Source of the DNA: Thermoplasmata archaeon
GTDB taxonomy: Archaea; Thermoplasmatota; Thermoplasmata; Lutacidiplasmatales; UBA184
Direction of reading: 5' to 3'
Assembly: GCA_028864975.1 (NCBI GenBank)
Contig: JAGWLG010000031.1
Coordinates: forward strand, 1 to 42,304
DNA: 42,304 nt
Position 1 is the first letter of the stretch, and each line of letters begins with the position of its first letter. The notes under the pieces are model-generated. The model saw nothing but the letters and a program-made list of their open reading frames with translations, did no database searches and was not told where the DNA came from. Below are positions 16,200-23,753 of the stretch, one piece after another. Made by a program: the position numbers and the translations under genes.

Positions 16200-18182
16200 A
16201 TGAGCGAACACCGGTCGACGCGGGCCGCTGAGGACGCGAGGTCCACCGACGAAGTGCCCCCTGGGGGTCCCTCGGACCCCGACCCAGCAACCCCGCCTTT
16301 CCCGACCGGGGACGGATCTCCCTCCTCGAACGTTCCCGCGTCGAGCGAGGAGGGAGGTCGCTCGCCCCCTCCTCTGGGCGTCGTCAGCGCCGCGAGAGAT
16401 GCACCTCCGTTCCCCCCGTCCTCCGCGGGGGTACCGCAGACTCCAACCGAAAGCCTACCCTCGGGGGGAGAGACCCCCAGGGTGGATGATGGCCTCGCCA
16501 CCCCTCGGCCCCCCGCGGCCAAGCGTCGAAGGAAGAGCCTCGTCGCCCGCCTCGCAACCAAGACGGGACCGGCCGCTGGCGGCGAGGGTGGGGTCATCCT
16601 CCAACCGCCCGAGACTCGAGGAGGGAGAAGATCTCGGCGTCGCTCGCGGGAGGAGTCGCCCCGGCCCCTGCCAACCGATCGATCCACGGTGGGAGCCCCC
16701 ATCGCCTTCGCTCCCGCCTTCCCCGGAGATATCCTCGCCTCGGGGGAGGCTCTGGCGGTGGAGCCACCGCACCCGGCACCGAACGAAACTCTCGTCCCAG
16801 TCCTTCCGACGGCGAAAGGCACGGTCGTGCTCGGCCCAGCCCACGAACGCGGTTCCGTTCGTCGACCACACGGCCTCTCGTCCCCCTATCCGAAGAACCT
16901 GGTGGGAGCACGCGCTATCGCGACCACCCCCTCAGAGGAAGGTTCTTCGCCCCACCTCGCGCGCACCAGCGGGACCTTCGTCGTTCGCCCTCCGAGTCCC
17001 CCGGTCGCGGTCGCGCCTGCCGAGGCGAACACGGTCCCCACCTCCGTGACCCCCTCCGAGACGCCTCTCGCTGGCTCGTTCCTCTCAGCCGTCGTCCCGA
17101 CCGGGCCTTCGCCTGAGTCCCCCCCCTTTCCCGAGGCTGACGATGTCACGGTGGGTCGGGCACCTCCTGCGACGGCCTCTCCCGCCTCCGCAGTCGGGGA
17201 CTCCGGCACGAGTGTCGACCCTGCGACACAGAACGTTGCAGCCACGGCGCCCCCTTCGGCGGCCGCCTTGGCCCGTCCCTTGGCTCGCCCCACCCCGGGA
17301 GCGCAGCTCGCTCCGCCTCGGGCGGCCGAAGGGCGACTCACGGTCGACCCGGAGTCCGTCGATCGGCTCGCTCAAGAGGTCTCGAGCCTCCTGGCCTCCC
17401 CTCCCCCCGCGAGAACAGCCTACGCCCCGAGCCCAGGAACGAACGAACTCGTGGACGACGTCCCTCACGGAGACCTCCGAGTCGACCCCGCGGGGATCCC
17501 GAGCGAAGGGATCGGGCATGACCTTTCGACCGAAGGGATCCCCGCCCATCCCCCGCCCGCGCTCGTGGTCGACCTCTCGCGCACACCGCGGGGAGGGACC
17601 GTCGTGGTCCACGGCCCGTCGCTGTCGGTCGATCGGTTCCTTGCCGAACCCCACCCCGGGGGGGTGACGGGGACCCCGATGGTCCTCGAGGAAGAGCTGC
17701 GCCGACCGAGGCCCGAGAAGATCGCCTCTTCCGACCGGGAGCTCCTCGCGGTCTCCTTGGTGGAAGTGACCGTCTGCGGCCCGTACCAGGTTGCTGGGCC
17801 CCCACGCCTCCTGGGAGCGGGACCGGGTGAACCGCTCGAACGCGTGCTCACCTCTCTCCTCGCGCGATGGACCGCGACCGGACTACCCTGGTGCGTGGAC
17901 GTAGGTCCGTCCGGGGTCTACCTTTGCCTCTCGGGGGACCCCGACGGACGGGGCCTCTTTCTCCACCCGACGGGGGCGATCGAACTGCACGTCGACGCCC
18001 TCGAGGCCCGTACCCTCGCCGGACTTCCCAAGGTCTGCTCGTTCCGTCTCCGCTCGGAAGCCGCCTTGTCCCAGGTGAGCGTTCTCCCGGGACCCTCGGA
18101 GCCTACCCCTCGCCGTGATGCGGCAGTCTTCTCGCGGAAACGGAAGCGTCATCGCGCCGCCGCGTCGGACGCGTCCGGGTGA
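16200..18182 (+). CDS. Long Pro/Ala/Ser-rich, probably disordered protein with a short globular C-terminal region
   Basis: 660-aa ORF divergent from the CDC48-N gene; the last 150 aa or so have globular composition; basic patches KRRRK and RKRKRHR. Confidence 0.55.
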   Translation: MSEHRSTRAAEDARSTDEVPPGGPSDPDPATPPFPTGDGSPSSNVPASSEEGGRSPPPLGVVSAARDAPPFPPSSAGVPQTPTESLPSGGETPRVDDGLATPRPPAAKRRRKSLVARLATKTGPAAGGEGGVILQPPETRGGRRSRRRSREESPRPLPTDRSTVGAPIAFAPAFPGDILASGEALAVEPPHPAPNETLVPVLPTAKGTVVLGPAHERGSVRRPHGLSSPYPKNLVGARAIATTPSEEGSSPHLARTSGTFVVRPPSPPVAVAPAEANTVPTSVTPSETPLAGSFLSAVVPTGPSPESPPFPEADDVTVGRAPPATASPASAVGDSGTSVDPATQNVAATAPPSAAALARPLARPTPGAQLAPPRAAEGRLTVDPESVDRLAQEVSSLLASPPPARTAYAPSPGTNELVDDVPHGDLRVDPAGIPSEGIGHDLSTEGIPAHPPPALVVDLSRTPRGGTVVVHGPSLSVDRFLAEPHPGGVTGTPMVLEEELRRPRPEKIASSDRELLAVSLVEVTVCGPYQVAGPPRLLGAGPGEPLERVLTSLLARWTATGLPWCVDVGPSGVYLCLSGDPDGRGLFLHPTGAIELHVDALEARTLAGLPKVCSFRLRSEAALSQVSVLPGPSEPTPRRDAAVFSRKRKRHRAAASDASG

Positions 18183-18387
18183 CGCGACGGACCGCGCCCA
18201 CCCTCCACTTTAGGGTCGCGCACGGCGGTGCTCGCGGCGCTCACTGTGGCACTCGTGGGAATGCCTACATCATACGCCATGCCCCCTTCCTCGCCAAGAC
18301 CTCCCGACGGTCCTCGAGCTTCCTTCCGAGTTGCTCTCGGAGGCAACGGCGCGAGCCCATTGGCCCAACGTGCGCCACGGAGTGGAG

Positions 18388-18567
18388 TGGGGACACGGGG
18401 ATTTGAACCCCGATATGCGGGTCTCTCCTTGGCGCGCTCCAGTCACTCGTCATCGACCTTCGTGGAAGGTCTCCGCTGACCCGTGAAGGGTTGGTGCTGC
18501 TCAGGATGGTCCCGAAGGACCGGTCCTGACTGGAGCCCGCTGGTCTGCCAAGTTAGCCTATGTCCCC
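18388..18567 (-). tRNA. trnW: tRNA-Trp(CCA) with a 107-nt intron at 37/38 (intron 18423-18529)
   Basis: Acceptor GGGGACA/TGTCCCC, anticodon stem GCGGG/CCCGC, loop CT-CCA-G|A, T-arm CGGGG-TTCAAAT-CCCCG; CCA tail not encoded. Confidence 0.92.
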
Positions 18568-18698
18568 GTACCTCTCCACCGGGTGGGGAGAGGGGCGCCT
18601 CATAACCCCTGCGCCCGCGCTTGGGTCCCCGTCGCTCGGCCATCGACGGACGAAACGGTGCGGCGGTGTGCGAGACGCCGACGCGCCCGTCCTCACGC

Positions 18699-19268
18699 TC
18701 AGGCCGGGGAAGAGTACACGGCGAGGTCCTGTCGCCATCCCGACCGCAGCAGGCGAGGGGAGAATCGCAGCTCCTCGAGGACCTTCCGGACGCCATGACG
18801 CTGGAACATCTCGGAATAGACGAACTGACCCCCCGGTCGAAGAACGCGCTGGACCTCGCGTAGGGCCTGGGGTCGCCGAACGAGGCCGCCCCGGTGGGCG
18901 GCATGTTCTTCGACGTGGTGGAGCATCATCATCGCGAAGACAACGTCGAACGAGTGGTCGGGGAAGGGCAGCGCGAGCGCATCCGCCTGACGTAGCTCCA
19001 CACTGGAAGGAAGGGACCCCCAACGGCCCGAAAGGAACCTGCGGGCGGCCTCGACCTGGGCCGGGTCGAAATCGGTCCCCACGAGGCGGGCGGGGTGGAA
19101 TCGCTCGTGGAGGAGGGCGATCATCCCGCCACCTCCCGACCCCAGCTCGAGGACGCGGGCCCCTGAGGGAAGCGCGAACTCGGGACCGAGCTTGTCGAGT
19201 GCTCTACGCGCCCGGACCTCCGTCCGTCGGTTGATCGACCAGCGCGAGAGCCAGTTCATCGCGGCCAT
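18699..19268 (-). CDS. Class I SAM-dependent methyltransferase (Methyltransf_11/UbiE-like)
   Basis: RVLELGSGGG, VGTDFD, ADALALPFPDHSFDVVF, LHHV, RVLRPGG. Confidence 0.9.
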   Translation of the reverse strand: MAAMNWLSRWSINRRTEVRARRALDKLGPEFALPSGARVLELGSGGGGMIALLHERFHPARLVGTDFDPAQVEAARRFLSGRWGSLPSSVELRQADALALPFPDHSFDVVFAMMMLHHVEEHAAHRGGLVRRPQALREVQRVLRPGGQFVYSEMFQRHGVRKVLEELRFSPRLLRSGWRQDLAVYSSPA

Positions 19269-19280
19269 GGCTCTTCCTCG

Positions 19281-19706
19281 CTAAGGGCTGCTGATCTTCG
19301 AAAGACGTTCACCGTAGTCCCGGAGGACCTTGCGGTGGGGAGCAAGCTTCGCGGGGCTGGACCGGGACAGGTCCTCCAGGTACGAGACATAGGACCCGAT
19401 CTCCTGCACGATCTCCTCGAGCGACTGGGGACGGCGGGCCCAAGGCCCGAACGGGACGTCGACCTCTTCGCGGGCCTTCTTCGTGAGCTCGTAGCGGCCG
19501 TCGTTCAGTTTGTGAACGAGACCCTCCTGGGAGAGCTGCTCGAGCACGGGGTAGATGGAGCCGGGGGAGGGGCGCCACCACCCCCGCGTCGCGCTCTCGA
19601 TCTCGTCCATGATCTCCACCCCATTGTGAGGGGCCGAAGAGAGGATGTTCAGGACGAACATCCGCAGCCCCCGCTTGTGATGCATCGCCCAACGCATGTG
19701 CCACAT
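19281..19706 (-). CDS. PadR-family transcriptional regulator
   Basis: GLRMFVLNIL...NGVEIMDEIE...WWRPSPGSIYPVLEQL...YELT. Confidence 0.9.
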   Translation of the reverse strand: MWHMRWAMHHKRGLRMFVLNILSSAPHNGVEIMDEIESATRGWWRPSPGSIYPVLEQLSQEGLVHKLNDGRYELTKKAREEVDVPFGPWARRPQSLEEIVQEIGSYVSYLEDLSRSSPAKLAPHRKVLRDYGERLSKISSP

Positions 19707-19753
19707 GTGCTCCGTTCGCTCCTGCGATCCTGACGAGGCACCGGTTCGGATAA

Positions 19754-19788
19754 GGATATCGTTAATTCGATATCGAATATCCGATATG
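19754..19788. promoter_or_regulatory. Putative PadR operator in the divergent promoter
   Basis: Perfect 14-bp palindrome ATTCGATATCGAAT (19765-19778); GATAT(C/G) repeated at 19755, 19769 and 19783. Confidence 0.6.
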
Positions 19789-19830
19789 CTCAAGTACCCT
19801 CGACGACCTCCAGGTCACGAGGCGAAAATC

Positions 19831-20244
19831 ATGACCGCGACCAGCTCCAACGTCGGCGGATTCGAGAGGACCGAGGACCATCCCCACCACCATCACTTCT
19901 GGATCATCCCCCTGCTGTTCGGGCTCTTCTTCCTCGTTCCGCTCGCCATCTGGGGTGTGTGGGTCGCGACAGGGCACGTGGCCATGTGGGGCGGAGCGCC
20001 GTTCGCGCCCGCCGGGTTCTTCTTCTTCCCCTTCGGGTTCTTCCTCTTCGTCCTGCTGTTCTTCTTCGTGGTCCGGGGAGCCGTCTGGGCCGGGCGCGGT
20101 GGGTGGCACCGTGGCTACGGGCACGGACCGGGTTGGTACGGGCGCACGCCGAAGGAGGTCGCGGGGCTTCGTTATGCTCGGGGAGAGATCACCCCGGAAC
20201 AGTACCGCGAGATCCTGAGGAACCTCGGCGAACCTCTGCCCTGA
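19831..20244 (+). CDS. Membrane protein with C-terminal SHOCT domain
   Basis: Two hydrophobic Phe-rich helices; LRYARGEITPEQYREIL is the SHOCT motif. Confidence 0.85.
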   Translation: MTATSSNVGGFERTEDHPHHHHFWIIPLLFGLFFLVPLAIWGVWVATGHVAMWGGAPFAPAGFFFFPFGFFLFVLLFFFVVRGAVWAGRGGWHRGYGHGPGWYGRTPKEVAGLRYARGEITPEQYREILRNLGEPLP

Positions 20245-20270
20245 AGGATCCTGCCCGGGAGCGCGGGGTA

Positions 20271-20861
20271 TCACGGACGAAGGTGCCAGGGCTCAACCTG
20301 CCCCACGATCGACCGGGGAGACCCCGAATCGATCGCCCGAAGGACGCCCGCACTGATCTCCCGATCGGTGAGCCAACGGGAGCGTTGCGTTCCTGCCTCG
20401 CCTTCGAGGACGAACCCCAGGATCACAGTTTGGAGGCGGATGGAGGAGCCGGAGAGCTTTGAGGTCAGTTCGTCCGCCGAGTCGGCGCTGGGGTCGGCGA
20501 CCGCGCTCCCGACCACATGGACCAGCCGGGCCGCGGTCTGCTCTTCCCGCAACCATCGCACGAGCGTGGGGAGCGCGGTGGGGGCGCTTCCGTGCACCCA
20601 CGCCACGACCAGGCCGGGAGGACCGAGAAGGTCCCTCCTCTCTCGAAGGGCCACCTCCAAACTCCCGGTCTCTCCGTAGTCGACCGGCATCGGCTCGATG
20701 CGGCCGCCCACCGCGGCGGCCCGGGCCCGAAGCTCCTCCAGGCGCACGGGGTCCCGTGCGATCACCGAGGTGGCGTACCCTCTCGCAGCGAGGTTCAACG
20801 ACACGTCGTAGAGCATGCCGGTCCCGCCGACCACCAGGGCGTGGGAGGACGGGTCGGCCAT
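20271..20861 (-). CDS. Short-chain-dehydrogenase-like Rossmann protein
   Basis: ALVVGGTGML; VVAWVH and RWLTDREISAGV as in the short SDR-like family; no YxxxK seen. Confidence 0.75.
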   Translation of the reverse strand: MADPSSHALVVGGTGMLYDVSLNLAARGYATSVIARDPVRLEELRARAAAVGGRIEPMPVDYGETGSLEVALRERRDLLGPPGLVVAWVHGSAPTALPTLVRWLREEQTAARLVHVVGSAVADPSADSADELTSKLSGSSIRLQTVILGFVLEGEAGTQRSRWLTDREISAGVLRAIDSGSPRSIVGQVEPWHLRP

Positions 20862-20883
20862 CGGAGGGTCCGTGCCGAGAGGG

Positions 20884-21315
20884 TCAGGGGCACTCGAAGG
20901 TCAGGGCCTTGAGACCGTCGGGGCGCTCTGCCCGGCCGAACTTCGTGGGATAGACCTGGACCAGCAGCTCGACCAGGTAGGCGACCTTGCCGCTGAAGAA
21001 GTGCCCCCCGAAGGTCCGTCCGTCCTTGTCCGAGAGCGTGGCATGAAGGTGGAGATGGGGCTCACCTTTCAGACGGGCCACGCTTCCGGCGAGCGTCAGA
21101 AGTTCGTGGGGTTCGGAGAGGACGTGCCTCACGTACGCCTTGCCATCCCAGTACCCCAACGTGGTGTCGCGGAGCGAGCCGATCCCGACGGTCACGAACC
21201 CGGCTTCGATCCTCTCATCTATGACGACGCGCGAGAGGCGCTCCGTCACCTCCTCCCCCGGGTCGAGACGGAGCGCGACCGAGCGAGCGGGTGCGGGAAG
21301 GGACGCGCGTTCCAC
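20884..21315 (-). CDS. DUF296/PPC-domain protein
   Basis: LRLDPGEEV...GIGSL...ELLTLAGSV...PHLHLHATLSDKDGRTFGGH; GTG 21315 follows GGAGGT. Confidence 0.9.
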   Translation of the reverse strand: MERASLPAPARSVALRLDPGEEVTERLSRVVIDERIEAGFVTVGIGSLRDTTLGYWDGKAYVRHVLSEPHELLTLAGSVARLKGEPHLHLHATLSDKDGRTFGGHFFSGKVAYLVELLVQVYPTKFGRAERPDGLKALTFECP

Positions 21316-21338
21316 GTTCGGCCGACCTCCCCCTTCGC

Positions 21339-22070
21339 TTAAGAGGGTCGCGGGGCGCGACCCTCCAGCCGTTCGAGAACCCCCCGAAGGCCCGAGAGGT
21401 CGTGGAGGGTCGAGCAATCTCTGGGTTCCTCTCCTCCGCTGCGGTCCAGCCAGACCGGGGAGAGCCCAGAGCGGCGTGCGCCCTCGACATCGGCCTCCCA
21501 CGAATCCCCGACGTGGACGGCCTCCTCTGGGGGGCTCCCTGATCGCTCTAGGGCTCGGCGGAAGATCTGTTCGTCGGGCTTCTCCACCCCGACCTCTTGG
21601 GAGTAGGTCACCGAACCGAAGAAAGGTCGGAGACCGTGGAACTCCAGGAGCGGAAGCAGGTGGTCGGTGAAGTTCGAGATCACGCCCAGGCGGTAGCCTG
21701 CTGAGCGCAGGGCTTCGAGCACTCGGACGGATTCCGGGTAGGGATGGACCTGGGTGGGGTCCTCGAAGACCCGCTGGAGCGCTTCGAACACCTCCTCCCT
21801 TCGGTCCTGGACCCCGAGGTGCTCCAGGACCCACATGTCGCGCAGGCGCCAGAACTCCCGGGTCCGCCCGTGGTAGGAGAAGAGCTCCCCCGCGAACCTC
21901 CGGTCGGCCTCCTGGTTCGCCGCCAGGATCGCTTCCTGGGTCACTCCGAGCGAGAAGTCGTCGCAGACGGTGGTCCACACCTCGTGGGGGTCGATGCCCA
22001 AGCGGGCGAGCGTCCCTCCGAAGTCGAAGAAGATGGTCGAGACGCGCATCCTTTGCGCTAGGGCGGACAT
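21339..22070 (-). CDS. HAD-superfamily hydrolase (subfamily IA)
   Basis: FFDFGGTL (motif I), VISN (II), EKPD (III), HVGDSWEADVEGA (IV). Confidence 0.92.
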   Translation of the reverse strand: MSALAQRMRVSTIFFDFGGTLARLGIDPHEVWTTVCDDFSLGVTQEAILAANQEADRRFAGELFSYHGRTREFWRLRDMWVLEHLGVQDRREEVFEALQRVFEDPTQVHPYPESVRVLEALRSAGYRLGVISNFTDHLLPLLEFHGLRPFFGSVTYSQEVGVEKPDEQIFRRALERSGSPPEEAVHVGDSWEADVEGARRSGLSPVWLDRSGGEEPRDCSTLHDLSGLRGVLERLEGRAPRPS

Positions 22071-22076
22071 CGCCTT

Positions 22077-23744
22077 CTAGCTTGCCGGGAGACGGTCGAT
22101 CTCCTCGCGAAGGGCCATCCGACGCCGGCGACGGTGGTAGGTGATCGCGAAGCGGTGGGACTCGTCCCGGACGTGACGCAGGAGGAGCATCGGGGGCGCG
22201 TTGGGGTCCGCCCGGAGCGGCCGGGAGAGGTCCGGGAGGTAGACCTCCTCGTGCTGCTTCGCGAGCGAGGCGATCGGGACCTCCTCGCTCGTGAGCTGGA
22301 GCTCCCGAAGGGCGCCAAGGGCCGCGTCCAGCTGTCCACGACCTCCGTCGATGAGGAGCAGGTCCGGGAGCTTCTCCTCCTCCGCCAGGAGCCGGCGGAA
22401 GCGTCGGAGCACCACCTCATGCACCATGGCGAAGTCGTTGGTCCCTTCCACGGTGCGGATGCGGAAGCGTCGGTAATCGTCCTTGGAGGGGGCCCCGTTG
22501 CGGAAGACCACGAGGGAGCCCACCGCGTTGGTGCCCTGGATCAGGGAGATGTCGACCCCCTCGATGTGGCGCGGAAGGCGCGGAAGCTCGAGCAGGCTCA
22601 TGAGCGAGCGAAGGACGGGCTCGGGGGCCGAGGGCTTCGCGTGGGCGTCCAGATGCGCCCGGGCCATCTTCTCGGCCATCTGGACGAGCTCCTTGGGACG
22701 GCCCGCTTTCGCCCGGACGAAGGAGATCGCCCGTTCCTCCCCCAGGACGGCGAGCGCCTCTTCGAGCCCCTCGACGTTTTCCGGGAGCAGGACCTCCGCC
22801 GGGGGGTCGGGGACGTCGCCATAGTACTGAAGGAGGAACGTGGAGAGCAGCTCGGTGCTGGGGGACTCGAGGTCCGCGGGGATCTCGAGGAGGTGAGGGT
22901 CGCCTCCGGCGATGCTTCCCTCGCGCACGCGCAGGACCCCGACGGCCGCCGAGAGGGACGAGACGTCCGTGGGAAGCGCGATCGCGACGGCGTCCGTCCG
23001 GTCCCGCCCCAGGTCCACGACATGCTGGCGCGCCTCGAGGTCTCGGATCCCTCGTATCGCATCGCGGACCACGGCGGCCCGTTCGTACTCCTGCGCTTTG
23101 GCGGCTGCGACCATGTCCTGCTCCAGGTCGGGGAGCAGCTCCTTCCCCCTTCCCTTGAGCAGGAGACGGGCCCGTTCGACCTGGTGCCGATATTCCTCGA
23201 GGGAGATGGCCCCGATGCAGGGGGCGGAGCAGGTCTTGAGGTGGTAGTAGAGGCAGGCGCGTTTCGGGAGGGTCCGGCACCGCCGGACCTGGAAGCTCTC
23301 CGCGAGCAGGCGGACCAGGCTGCGGGCCTCCCGCGCGGACCGGTAGGGCCCGAAGAGGGCCGTGCCCCTCTCCCGCTTGGGCCTCCGTACGAAGTAGACC
23401 CGGGGGACCTCCTCCCCCTCGGTGAGGGCGAGGTAGGGGTAGCTCTTGTCGTCGCGGAAGATGACGTTGTACCGAGGCTGGTACAGGCGGATCAGATGGG
23501 CCTCGAGCAGGAGCGCTTCCCGCTCGTTGCGGGTGGGGAGGAACTCGACGTTCTCCGACTGCGAGGTGATGTAGCCGTCCTTGTCGGTCTGCAAGCGCAG
23601 GTGGTCCGTCACCCGCTTGCGAAGGTTACGGGCCTTGCCGATGTAGAGGACGGAGCCGTCCTTCGCTTTGAACAGGTAGACCCCGGGCTGGTTCGGTCCT
23701 CGGGGGAGTTCCGGGGTCGGTGGCTCGGGGCCGGAGGGGGCCAT
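22077..23744 (-). CDS. uvrC: Excinuclease ABC subunit C
   Basis: GIY-YIG (GVYLFK...LYIGKARNLRKRV), Cys-rich segment, UVR domain, RNase H-like domain (IEGVDIS, DLLLIDGGRGQL, RDESHRFA). Confidence 0.96.
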   Translation of the reverse strand: MAPSGPEPPTPELPRGPNQPGVYLFKAKDGSVLYIGKARNLRKRVTDHLRLQTDKDGYITSQSENVEFLPTRNEREALLLEAHLIRLYQPRYNVIFRDDKSYPYLALTEGEEVPRVYFVRRPKRERGTALFGPYRSAREARSLVRLLAESFQVRRCRTLPKRACLYYHLKTCSAPCIGAISLEEYRHQVERARLLLKGRGKELLPDLEQDMVAAAKAQEYERAAVVRDAIRGIRDLEARQHVVDLGRDRTDAVAIALPTDVSSLSAAVGVLRVREGSIAGGDPHLLEIPADLESPSTELLSTFLLQYYGDVPDPPAEVLLPENVEGLEEALAVLGEERAISFVRAKAGRPKELVQMAEKMARAHLDAHAKPSAPEPVLRSLMSLLELPRLPRHIEGVDISLIQGTNAVGSLVVFRNGAPSKDDYRRFRIRTVEGTNDFAMVHEVVLRRFRRLLAEEEKLPDLLLIDGGRGQLDAALGALRELQLTSEEVPIASLAKQHEEVYLPDLSRPLRADPNAPPMLLLRHVRDESHRFAITYHRRRRRMALREEIDRLPAS

Positions 23745-23753
23745 GGCCCACGC

